DNA of 64,000 bases from Bdellovibrio sp. (GTDB taxonomy: Bacteria > Bdellovibrionota > Bdellovibrionia > Bdellovibrionales > Bdellovibrionaceae), in NCBI GenBank assembly GCA_036677065.1, contig JAKFBS010000004.1, positions 634,168 to 698,167 of the forward strand, in the 5' to 3' direction. Positions within the stretch are counted from its first letter, which is position 1. Each line of letters opens with the position of its first letter. Made by a program: the position numbers and the translations under genes. Below, one piece after another: positions 48,566 to 55,893 of the stretch. Under the pieces are notes generated by a model. It saw only the letters and a program-made list of their open reading frames with translations. It made no database searches and was not told the DNA's origin.

Positions 48566-48688
48566 AGTAGAAAATTTCTCCTGAACTAACGGTAACAAAT
48601 TACTTGCAGATTTCAACACTAAGTTTAATGATATTCGTCTGCGACGATGAAATATTTTTCGCAGACATTTTTTAAGGAGCGCAACTAC

Positions 48689-50221
48689 ATGTCGAAACCT
48701 ACGTTTATTAAACAAGTTAAAACTGCATTATCTGGCGGTAAAGCCATCAATGGTAAAGGTATCGTTGCTATGGTCATTTTCGGAATGATCATTTTAACTT
48801 TCGTTCTTTCAGATTACTCAACTCGTGGTACTGGCGGCTTAGGCATCGGTGCTGCAGCTGAAGTGAATGGCGAAATCATCACTCTTAAAGAATTTCAAGA
48901 GCAAGAAAGCCGTATTGCTAACTATTATGCCCAATTTTTCGGTGGCAAAATCGACAATGAATTTCAAATAAAGCAAATTCGCTCTGAAGCCATCAACGAA
49001 TTAGTGAATAACTCGCTAGCGGCGCAAGCAGCTGAAGGCCAAAAAATCTTCGCCACTGATGCAGAGCTTAAAAAAATCATCATGGAAGACCTTCCGTACT
49101 TTAAAAAAGACGGCGTTTTTCAGTCTGATCTTTACAAAGGTTTGTTAACTCAAAACAAACTAACTCCTAGTGAATTCGAAAAGAGCTTACGTGCACAAGC
49201 TAAAACTCAGCGTATTCGTCAATTGTTTGAATTAGGTTTATCTTCTAATCGTTTAGAAAAAGACTTAGAAAGCGAACTTAAATCTAAAAAAATCAATGTA
49301 GCGTTTGTTAAACTAAATGCTGAAGAACTTAAAAAATCAAATTTAGTGTCAGCTGCCGAAGTTAGCAAAAAATTAGCTGACCCTGATTTTGCTAAAAAAG
49401 TTCAAGACTATTACACAAACACTAAAGGTGAATTTGAAACTCCTGAACAAGTTAAGGCGTCTCACATCTTAATCCGTTCAACTGAAGGTAATGCTGATTC
49501 TGATGCATTAGCAAAAGCTAAAATGGAAAACATCGTTAAACGTTTAGCTAAAGAAGACTTTGCTAAAGTTGCCGGTCAGGTTTCTGAAGATCCAGGTTCT
49601 AAAGCTAAAAACGGTGATTTAGGTTACTTCTCTAAAGGCCGTATGGTTAAAGAATTTGAAGACGTGGCGTTTGTAACTCCAGTTGGTAAAGTATCTGAAG
49701 TGATCAAAACTCCGTTTGGTTACCATATCTTAAAAGTTATGGATAAAAAACCTGCGCAAACGACTTCTTTTGAAGCGGCTAAAACTGGTATTGCTTCTAA
49801 ATTATTAGCTGACGAGAAAAACTCAGAAGTTTCTAAACAATTAGAAGACCTAGTCGCAAAAGGCGATTTGGCTGCAATTAATGATTTCGTAGCTAAACAA
49901 GGCCTTAAATGGACTGAGTCTGGTTATTTTGATCTAACTTCTGAAAACTTACCTGGTTCAACTTCTGCTGAACTTTTTAAAGCTAGTCTTGAGTTAAGTA
50001 AGGCTAATCCTGTGAACAAAGCTTTGATCCGTGAAGGTGACGCTCAGTTTTTATTAAAACTTGTGGATGCTAAGACTATGGCTACTGATGTTGTTGTTAA
50101 AGATGCGGCTGCAGAGACTGCTGAGAAGCAAAAATCACTTGGTGGTTATGCTAAGTGGGTTTCTGAATTACGCAAATCTTCGAAAGTGACTACGAACCAA
50201 GCTATTATGGAAATGCAGTAG
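48689..50221 (+). CDS. PpiD/SurA-like membrane-anchored periplasmic chaperone with a parvulin PPIase domain; start ATG 48689
   Basis: AAGGAG SD; TM helix, AEVNGEII, VKASHILI, SEDPGSK..GDLGYF, TPFGYHI. Confidence 0.9.
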   Translation: MSKPTFIKQVKTALSGGKAINGKGIVAMVIFGMIILTFVLSDYSTRGTGGLGIGAAAEVNGEIITLKEFQEQESRIANYYAQFFGGKIDNEFQIKQIRSEAINELVNNSLAAQAAEGQKIFATDAELKKIIMEDLPYFKKDGVFQSDLYKGLLTQNKLTPSEFEKSLRAQAKTQRIRQLFELGLSSNRLEKDLESELKSKKINVAFVKLNAEELKKSNLVSAAEVSKKLADPDFAKKVQDYYTNTKGEFETPEQVKASHILIRSTEGNADSDALAKAKMENIVKRLAKEDFAKVAGQVSEDPGSKAKNGDLGYFSKGRMVKEFEDVAFVTPVGKVSEVIKTPFGYHILKVMDKKPAQTTSFEAAKTGIASKLLADEKNSEVSKQLEDLVAKGDLAAINDFVAKQGLKWTESGYFDLTSENLPGSTSAELFKASLELSKANPVNKALIREGDAQFLLKLVDAKTMATDVVVKDAAAETAEKQKSLGGYAKWVSELRKSSKVTTNQAIMEMQ

Positions 50222-50266
50222 TCTCTCGTAGGAGACATCGCGGGCTGCGTGCCCTTTCGATCCCCG

Positions 50267-50296
50267 AAAGCCGAACATTGTGTTCGGCTTTTTTTT
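50267..50296 (+). terminator. Intrinsic terminator after the ppiD-like gene
   Basis: AAAGCCGAACA-TTG-TGTTCGGCTTT followed by a T-tract. Confidence 0.9.
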
Positions 50297-50313
50297 ATAC
50301 CTGAAATCCACTT

Positions 50314-50427
50314 TTATTCAGAAGGTTCCGTAGAGCTAGCCGAAGAACTGCCGTTGCCGATAAAAACAGGTCCTGCTGTTGCGGGTAATATATTTAAAAT
50401 AGTGATCAGTGAAATAAAACTCTTCAT
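50314..50427 (-). CDS. Unannotated 37-aa ORF with a signal peptide (small secreted peptide or truncated remnant)
   Basis: MKSFISLITILNILPATA|GPVFIGNGSSSASSTEPSE*; AAGGT SD 8 nt upstream; directly downstream of the TIGR02147-like gene. Confidence 0.55.
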   Translation of the reverse strand: MKSFISLITILNILPATAGPVFIGNGSSSASSTEPSE

Positions 50428-50450
50428 TTTATACGACCTTTTTTGAGTTT

Positions 50451-51223
50451 TTATTTTTTTGTCTTTACCACAGTTAATGGCGAAAGCTGCACGCTTAGCC
50501 CATAAATATCTGTTGTGTTAGCTGTGCCAAATTTGTTTTCGAAATCGTTAAAAAACTTTCTAATGGCTGCTTTAGCCTGTTTTAATTTTACTTTTGGCAG
50601 TGGCAGAATCATCGATTGGACTTCTCGCAGCTCCATGGGAATACTTGTCATCTGAGATATGTGAAACTGTAACATATCTTTTTGAAAACGTTGAATAGAC
50701 TCATCAAGCACGTCTTGAGTGGTCGTAGTTGACATTTTAGGTGCGAAGTACCGGTCACCATGTAATGAGATTAAATTAATCTTTGCAAAAGTTTTTAACA
50801 TACCTTGGATTTCGCTCTGATCGATTCCCATTTTTGCAGAAAGATCGTTAAGCGTGGCTCCATCGCTCGAATTTTGCACCAAGCAGATTAAAGCATAATA
50901 TTTCCAATGGCAAATTTTTGAAAAATCCTGAGGGTGTATAAAATGGCGCTCTAGAATTGTTTGCTTGCGCAGTTTTTTCTGTGCTCTGACAAGTTTATAC
51001 AAAGCTTTTTTGTCTTCCGTGCTAAGTGAATAGGTATTAGAAAATTTCAGGGCCAGGCTCAGAGTTAGATTTCTTTTTCCCGCGATAATTTCAGAAAGAC
51101 AGGTGGTACACCGATGTCGCGTGCAAATGCGCGCATTGAAAATTTTTTATTTCGGCTTTTTTTTTCAAGAAAAATAATTTTTAGCAGATCAGAGACGCTA
51201 CCTTGAAAGTTTACGTAATCCAT
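50451..51223 (-). pseudogene. Frameshifted TIGR02147-family HTH/DUF4423-like regulator
   Basis: Frame 1 from ATG 51223 reads MDYV...KFSMRAFARDIGVP and stops at 51065; frame 2 continues CLSEIIAGKRNLT...WKYYAL...IYGLSVQLSPLT; shift near 51101-51106. Confidence 0.85.
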
Positions 51224-51408
51224 TTGCAAAAAATTACCTTACTGTTTTTAAGTATTCAATTAAAATTGATATTCCTGAATGTCCATGAAATTTAATCAGC
51301 TGTTTCATCTGTTCTCTTTGCGACTACGGGAACACTTCTTATAGCTTTCTCTTTAGTTTTTTTCTTAGCTTATGTATAATCCCGGTTCATATTTTGAAGG
51401 AGAATCTT

Positions 51409-51924
51409 ATGTTAAAAATGGTCTTAGCGTTCGTAGTTGTTGGGCTTTCTGCTGTGGTTGTTCAGGCGCAAAATCCAACTCAGCATATTCTAATTGATGG
51501 TTCGGTAGCTCGTTGTCATGACATGTCTGATTATGGTTCTCGTGCTTTTAAAGTGAAAATGATCCGATCTGAAAATAATTTCTTAACATTTCGCTTGGAC
51601 AATTTAGTGTGCATTGAACAATCAGGAAAAATGATCCATGTTCCCTATGCTTTAAGCAGTCCATTCGTATTTAATAAAGATGGACGCACACTATCTTATG
51701 AATATACAAAAGCTAACATTGTAGTTCTAAATACCGATGCAACGGCCTTATATCAAACAATGGCTATCAATCCGCATGTAAGCTCTCAAGAGTTTGTGAT
51801 CAATACGCCAGATGTTAAGGTATTTGATATCAGCTTACAGCCTCTTGAAGTCATTAAGATAGATGGTAAGTTTTTTGACCAAGGTATGACGTTTGGTGGA
51901 AGTTATAGAATCACATTTAGATAG
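51409..51924 (+). CDS. Secreted hypothetical protein, divergent from the TIGR02147-like gene; start ATG 51409
   Basis: AAGGAG SD; signal peptide ending VQA; two Cys; TATAAT at 51375-51380. Confidence 0.8.
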   Translation: MLKMVLAFVVVGLSAVVVQAQNPTQHILIDGSVARCHDMSDYGSRAFKVKMIRSENNFLTFRLDNLVCIEQSGKMIHVPYALSSPFVFNKDGRTLSYEYTKANIVVLNTDATALYQTMAINPHVSSQEFVINTPDVKVFDISLQPLEVIKIDGKFFDQGMTFGGSYRITFR

Positions 51925-51976
51925 TGTTCCCATAAATTTGTGGGAACGGAATCTTTTAGGTAGCGACATACTAGTG

Positions 51977-52003
51977 TAAAGTAATGTCGGAAGCTGTCGA
52001 TAA
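51977..52003 (+). promoter_or_regulatory. Strong sigma28-like promoter with no downstream gene
   Basis: TAAA(GT)-N15-GTCGATAA followed by GTTAAG, as in the fibre promoters. Confidence 0.7.
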
Positions 52004-52010
52004 GTTAAGT

Positions 52011-52083
52011 ACATTAAAATTAGTGCGCTTAACCGAGCACTTTACTCGTAGAGGCCAGAGTTGAAAAATTCTGGCCTTTTTTT
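52011..52083 (+). ncRNA. Candidate sigma28-dependent small RNA (~73 nt)
   Basis: Bounded by the sigma28-like promoter and a + strand terminator; internal AGTGC/GCACT stem. Confidence 0.45.
52052..52083 (+). terminator. Intrinsic terminator, + strand
   Basis: AGGCCAGAGTT-GAAA-AATTCTGGCCT followed by T6. Confidence 0.88.
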
Positions 52084-52516
52084 ATTTAGTTAAATGTTCC
52101 GGCTCAAAGGCGAACGGAAAAAGTTCAGAAAACTTCAGAGCCTTTTCTTTTTTTGCTGTGTTGGTTAAAATCACAGTCGTGTCTGCTTTAGCAAACTCTG
52201 CTAACACCTGACGACAAAATCCACATGGTGGCCATGGGCTTTCTTCTGCGCTTGCCACAGCTACATGAGTGATGTGAATTGGCTTTTTGTTTTCGCTGTA
52301 AGCTTTCCAGATCGCGACGCGCTCAGCGCACACTGTGCCGCCGTAGCTTGCGTTTTCAATATTGCAGCCCGAATAAATCTTGCCGTTACTTAACCTAATC
52401 GCTGAACCAATTTTTTTCGTAGAATACGGGGAGTGTGAAAACTCCATGGCTTTGATCGCGAGACTCTTTAGCTCTGTTTGTAATTCTTTTTCGTTACTGA
52501 TTGGTGAAGAGCTCAT
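52082..52516 (-). CDS. cdd: Cytidine deaminase (tetrameric type)
   Basis: SPYS, GCNIENASYG, CAER, PCGFCRQ. Confidence 0.95.
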   Translation of the reverse strand: MSSSPISNEKELQTELKSLAIKAMEFSHSPYSTKKIGSAIRLSNGKIYSGCNIENASYGGTVCAERVAIWKAYSENKKPIHITHVAVASAEESPWPPCGFCRQVLAEFAKADTTVILTNTAKKEKALKFSELFPFAFEPEHLTK

Positions 52517-53093
52517 AGCCGATCTCCTTAAGTTTTTGGCTGATCCACATCATGGGTAAGCCTTGGATTGCAGAAAAATCATCTGTTTCGATTTTTTCAA
52601 ATAAACATATGCCACTGCGTTCGATTTTATAACTGCCAGCGCAGTCTAATGGCAAATCAATACGCAGGTAATTTTCGATTTCTTGAGGAGTTAATTTTTT
52701 CATTTTCATTTTTGAAATATGATTTAGCGTCCACTTTTGATCTTCGTGTAAAATGGCTATTGAAGTGATTAAGTTGTGTGTGCGGCCTGACATGGCTTGC
52801 AGTTGTTCTTTGGCTTTATCGAAGGTTTTACTTTTGCCGATGATGTGGCCGTCAAAATCCACTAACTGATCACCACCGATAACCACGGCCTGTTTAAATT
52901 CTTTGTTGAGCGAGGTGGCTTTGGCTAAGGCTAAGCCTTCAGCGATTTCAAGAGGGGTTTTGTTTTGCGCGAGCAGGGCTTTTTTTAGACTGTCTTCATC
53001 ACAGCTTGGTTTCATGGTTTCAAACGGGATACCTAGTTTTAACATTAATTCTTTTCGATAAACCGAGGTGCTGCCAAGAATAAGTTTTTTCAT
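52494..53093 (-). CDS. maf: Maf family nucleotide pyrophosphatase (YceF-like)
   Basis: LILGSTSVYRKELM, LAKA, IGGDQ, DCAGSYKIE, IQGLP. Confidence 0.92.
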   Translation of the reverse strand: MKKLILGSTSVYRKELMLKLGIPFETMKPSCDEDSLKKALLAQNKTPLEIAEGLALAKATSLNKEFKQAVVIGGDQLVDFDGHIIGKSKTFDKAKEQLQAMSGRTHNLITSIAILHEDQKWTLNHISKMKMKKLTPQEIENYLRIDLPLDCAGSYKIERSGICLFEKIETDDFSAIQGLPMMWISQKLKEIGYELFTNQ

Positions 53094-54832
53094 GTTTTTG
53101 AAGCCTTAATGCGGTGGTAAATATCGATCAGCTTATTGATGTTAAATTCCGCTTTATATTTTAACAGAGCTAATTCGAAATCCATATTCGAGAAAATATA
53201 TTTTACTTTGCGAGTTTGTAGTCTAGATACCTGAATACTATCTAAAAATGATCCAGGGCGAATATATAAAATAAATTTTTCATTTTCAGGTAAATACAAA
53301 TTCACATCAAACGGCAATTCTTTATTTGGCTGTAAGAACTCAATCGGTAGTTCTAACATGTCATGCGCGGGGTGAACTGAATTGATCACTTCAAACGGGC
53401 TGAACGAAAAAAAACCAATCATGGTTTTTTTGCCTTGGTAGTCAACGTCTTTGAAAAATTCAGATTTATAGCTGCAGAAATTAGCGAAATCCACTTTCGG
53501 TACATGAATTTCAAATAAGACAGCATCCGGTAATTCATTATGGTCGGGGTCTTGTTGGTCAATTTGTTCGACGCGAATCATTTGTTTGATCCAGTTGTTC
53601 AGAATAACTTGCGCAGAAGCGACATCCAGAAAATTTTCTGAAGCCACAGTCAGATAACCTGTCCACTCTAATTCTTGCACGACAAGCACATACATTTGCG
53701 TGGTTTTTGTTAAATCAACTTGATCAGTTTTTTGATCAGAATAATTTTCAATGACATCAAACATTTCAGGTTTAACCGTGTCGTTGAAGGATTGATCTAA
53801 AAACATGATTTGGCCCGAGCTTAAGCTTTTGCTTTCTCGTGGTAAAAGGTTAGACATTGGCTCAGCACCTGAAGATAAATCAATGCCTTCGCCGATACTT
53901 AGTTTAGGTGCACCATCACCAATGTCGGTTTCAGTAGCGGCCAGTGCTTCAGCTAATTCAGCTTCCATTAAAGCGATCAGGCTGCCTGCAGTTTGTTTTT
54001 GCTCAATTTCAGAAAGTTCGCTCATGTTGCCGATTTCTTCTTCGATCGCTCTAAGTAATTTTCCTGAAGCACCATCGCTGCCAAAATCATTTTGAATGGC
54101 TCTCATTAATTTGGCCTTGGCCGCTTCTTTTTGAACGGCAGATAAAACGCCAAGCTTGCCAATCTGTTCTTCAATGGCATGCTTCATCTTGGCTCTGATG
54201 CCTTCTTGCACTATTGAAGGAATGGGTAAAGAATTTTTTTTTCTTTGTTTCGGAACGAACATGTTTAATTTTCCGCGACTGCGGCTAGCTATCATTTTAC
54301 GTTCGTTATCTTCACCGTTATTAGATCTTTTAAGATTTACTTCCGGACCTTCATTTTTATCCTGCGTAAAAAAGGATTTAACCTGAATCATGTCAGATTC
54401 TTTTTTTGCGTTGGCCGCTTTTTTTGTATTTATTTGATCAAAGATTTGATTTTTCTTTTCGTATTTTGAAATCACCCGAATAATGGCCGGGCCTGATAAA
54501 GGCGGGTAGAGTTTGTTTTCAAAACCGCTCGATTCAATTTGAATAATTTGATCACGCTGGGTCGACATAATGAATGGCACCACAGAACCGGTGCACGATT
54601 GGTAAATCGTCTTCGGCATCAAACGAATATGTTCGTTTTTATGATCCCACGCTAAAAAAATATATTCTGGATTTTCTTCTAAAATGCGATCTAGAGCGGT
54701 TTTGACATCAGTCTCGACAACCACGATGTATCCGCGTTTTTTTAAGAATTTTTCCACCGGCGCAAACTGGTGGCTTATATTCTTCACAAAAAACAATGTG
54801 GCTGGTTTAGTGTCTTTTTTGGCTTCGCTCAT
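53090..54832 (-). CDS. Hypothetical protein with an N-terminal pseudo-receiver-like domain (580 aa)
   Basis: FLKKRGY..V...ALDRI...PEYIFLA...LYPP pattern resembles a REC domain lacking the phospho-Asp; helical middle region. Confidence 0.7.
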   Translation of the reverse strand: MSEAKKDTKPATLFFVKNISHQFAPVEKFLKKRGYIVVVETDVKTALDRILEENPEYIFLAWDHKNEHIRLMPKTIYQSCTGSVVPFIMSTQRDQIIQIESSGFENKLYPPLSGPAIIRVISKYEKKNQIFDQINTKKAANAKKESDMIQVKSFFTQDKNEGPEVNLKRSNNGEDNERKMIASRSRGKLNMFVPKQRKKNSLPIPSIVQEGIRAKMKHAIEEQIGKLGVLSAVQKEAAKAKLMRAIQNDFGSDGASGKLLRAIEEEIGNMSELSEIEQKQTAGSLIALMEAELAEALAATETDIGDGAPKLSIGEGIDLSSGAEPMSNLLPRESKSLSSGQIMFLDQSFNDTVKPEMFDVIENYSDQKTDQVDLTKTTQMYVLVVQELEWTGYLTVASENFLDVASAQVILNNWIKQMIRVEQIDQQDPDHNELPDAVLFEIHVPKVDFANFCSYKSEFFKDVDYQGKKTMIGFFSFSPFEVINSVHPAHDMLELPIEFLQPNKELPFDVNLYLPENEKFILYIRPGSFLDSIQVSRLQTRKVKYIFSNMDFELALLKYKAEFNINKLIDIYHRIKASKT

Positions 54833-54841
54833 CTATGCAAA

Positions 54842-54870
54842 ATTATAAGCTTTTATAGAGTGTGATTCAA
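54842..54870 (-). promoter_or_regulatory. Sigma70-type promoter for the 54832-maf-cdd operon
   Basis: TTGAAT-N17-TATAAT on the minus strand, 9 nt before the ATG. Confidence 0.7.
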
Positions 54871-54872
54871 AC

Positions 54873-55877
54873 ATGCCCCGACCTAGGACTATAGATCAAA
54901 AACAGGTAAAGATTTCAGTTCGCAGTCACCCTAATCTCCAGGGTAATCTTTCCTTGAAAAGGATAGCCAGTTCGACTAGATTGCAGCTCGAGATGATCAG
55001 CGATATTAAATCAGACATTATGATTCAAAAACTGCATGACCTTCAATCTTTGGATTGGGTCGGGATGCAGCGTATTCAGTCATCGATTCGTCACCACGAA
55101 AATCTGATTCCTTGTGATTTATCTTTAGGGGTAAATCTTAAAGAGGGTAACCGCGGAATTCACATGTCGCGTTTGTATTCTTTGATGATGGATCATCTTT
55201 TACAGCAAGAACTAACAACTCAAGGTTTAGATCTGCTTTTACAAAAAGCCATCACTTCGCAAGAAGGTTTATCAACACACGCAAGTCTTACTTTGACGTA
55301 TAAACTGCCGGTAAAAACCCAAGCTTTGAAAAGCGGTAAAGAGGGTTTTCGCAATTACGATGTTTCAGTTTCTGCGTTAAAAATTGAAGGCGCGGCTTTA
55401 AAAGTTTGGCTTAAATTTGCGGTTATTTATTCAAGCACTTGCCCACAATCAGCGGCTTTATCTGTCGAAACATTCAATGCTCAGCCTGCGCAAAAAACTG
55501 TGCTTGATCGTTTACCGGCGACTCCGCACGCGCAAAGAAGCGTGATGGATTGTGAATTATTACTTACAAATAAAGATCATTTTGATGTGAATGATTTAAT
55601 GAAGTCTTTTATCCAAATTATTGAAAACACTTTAAAAACCCCTGTGCAAACGGCAGTTAAAAAAGCTGACGAGATGGCCTTTGCGATTTTAAATTCTGAG
55701 AACTTAATGTTTTGTGAAGACGCGGTCAGAAGAGTCGATCTTGAATTAAAAGCTCGTATTCAGCACAAGCCTGTTGAATTATTAGGCTACCGCATTAAGA
55801 CCCGCCACGAAGAGAGCTTGCATCCCCATGATGCCGTTAGTCAGAAGAGCTTCAACTACGTGATTTTTCCGAACTAG
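54873..55877 (+). CDS. folE2: GTP cyclohydrolase IB (FolE2); true start probably ATG 54992 or 55020
   Basis: DWVGM, GIHMSR, SSTCPQS, TPHAQRS, NLMFCEDAVRR, HEESLHPHDA. Confidence 0.92.
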   Translation: MPRPRTIDQKQVKISVRSHPNLQGNLSLKRIASSTRLQLEMISDIKSDIMIQKLHDLQSLDWVGMQRIQSSIRHHENLIPCDLSLGVNLKEGNRGIHMSRLYSLMMDHLLQQELTTQGLDLLLQKAITSQEGLSTHASLTLTYKLPVKTQALKSGKEGFRNYDVSVSALKIEGAALKVWLKFAVIYSSTCPQSAALSVETFNAQPAQKTVLDRLPATPHAQRSVMDCELLLTNKDHFDVNDLMKSFIQIIENTLKTPVQTAVKKADEMAFAILNSENLMFCEDAVRRVDLELKARIQHKPVELLGYRIKTRHEESLHPHDAVSQKSFNYVIFPN

Positions 55878-55893
55878 ATTGTAACATAAGTTT

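Noticed and set aside
48566..48715. Long N-terminal extensions of mreC and the ppiD-like ORF that overlap head-to-head
   Set aside because: SD-supported internal starts (48565 and 48689) remove the overlap
50356..50363. Perfect GCCGATAA on the + strand as an antisense sigma28 promoter
   Set aside because: The -35 position reads TAGC, the following G seen in other sites is missing, and it lies within codons of the mini-ORF; chance is plausible
50249..50446. 65-aa + strand ORF
   Set aside because: It crosses the terminator; the minus-strand 37-aa ORF with SD and signal peptide explains the region better
51926..51947. Inverted repeat GTTCCCATA...TGTGGGAAC as an intrinsic terminator
   Set aside because: No immediately adjacent U-tract; may be a stability hairpin or protein site but cannot be supported
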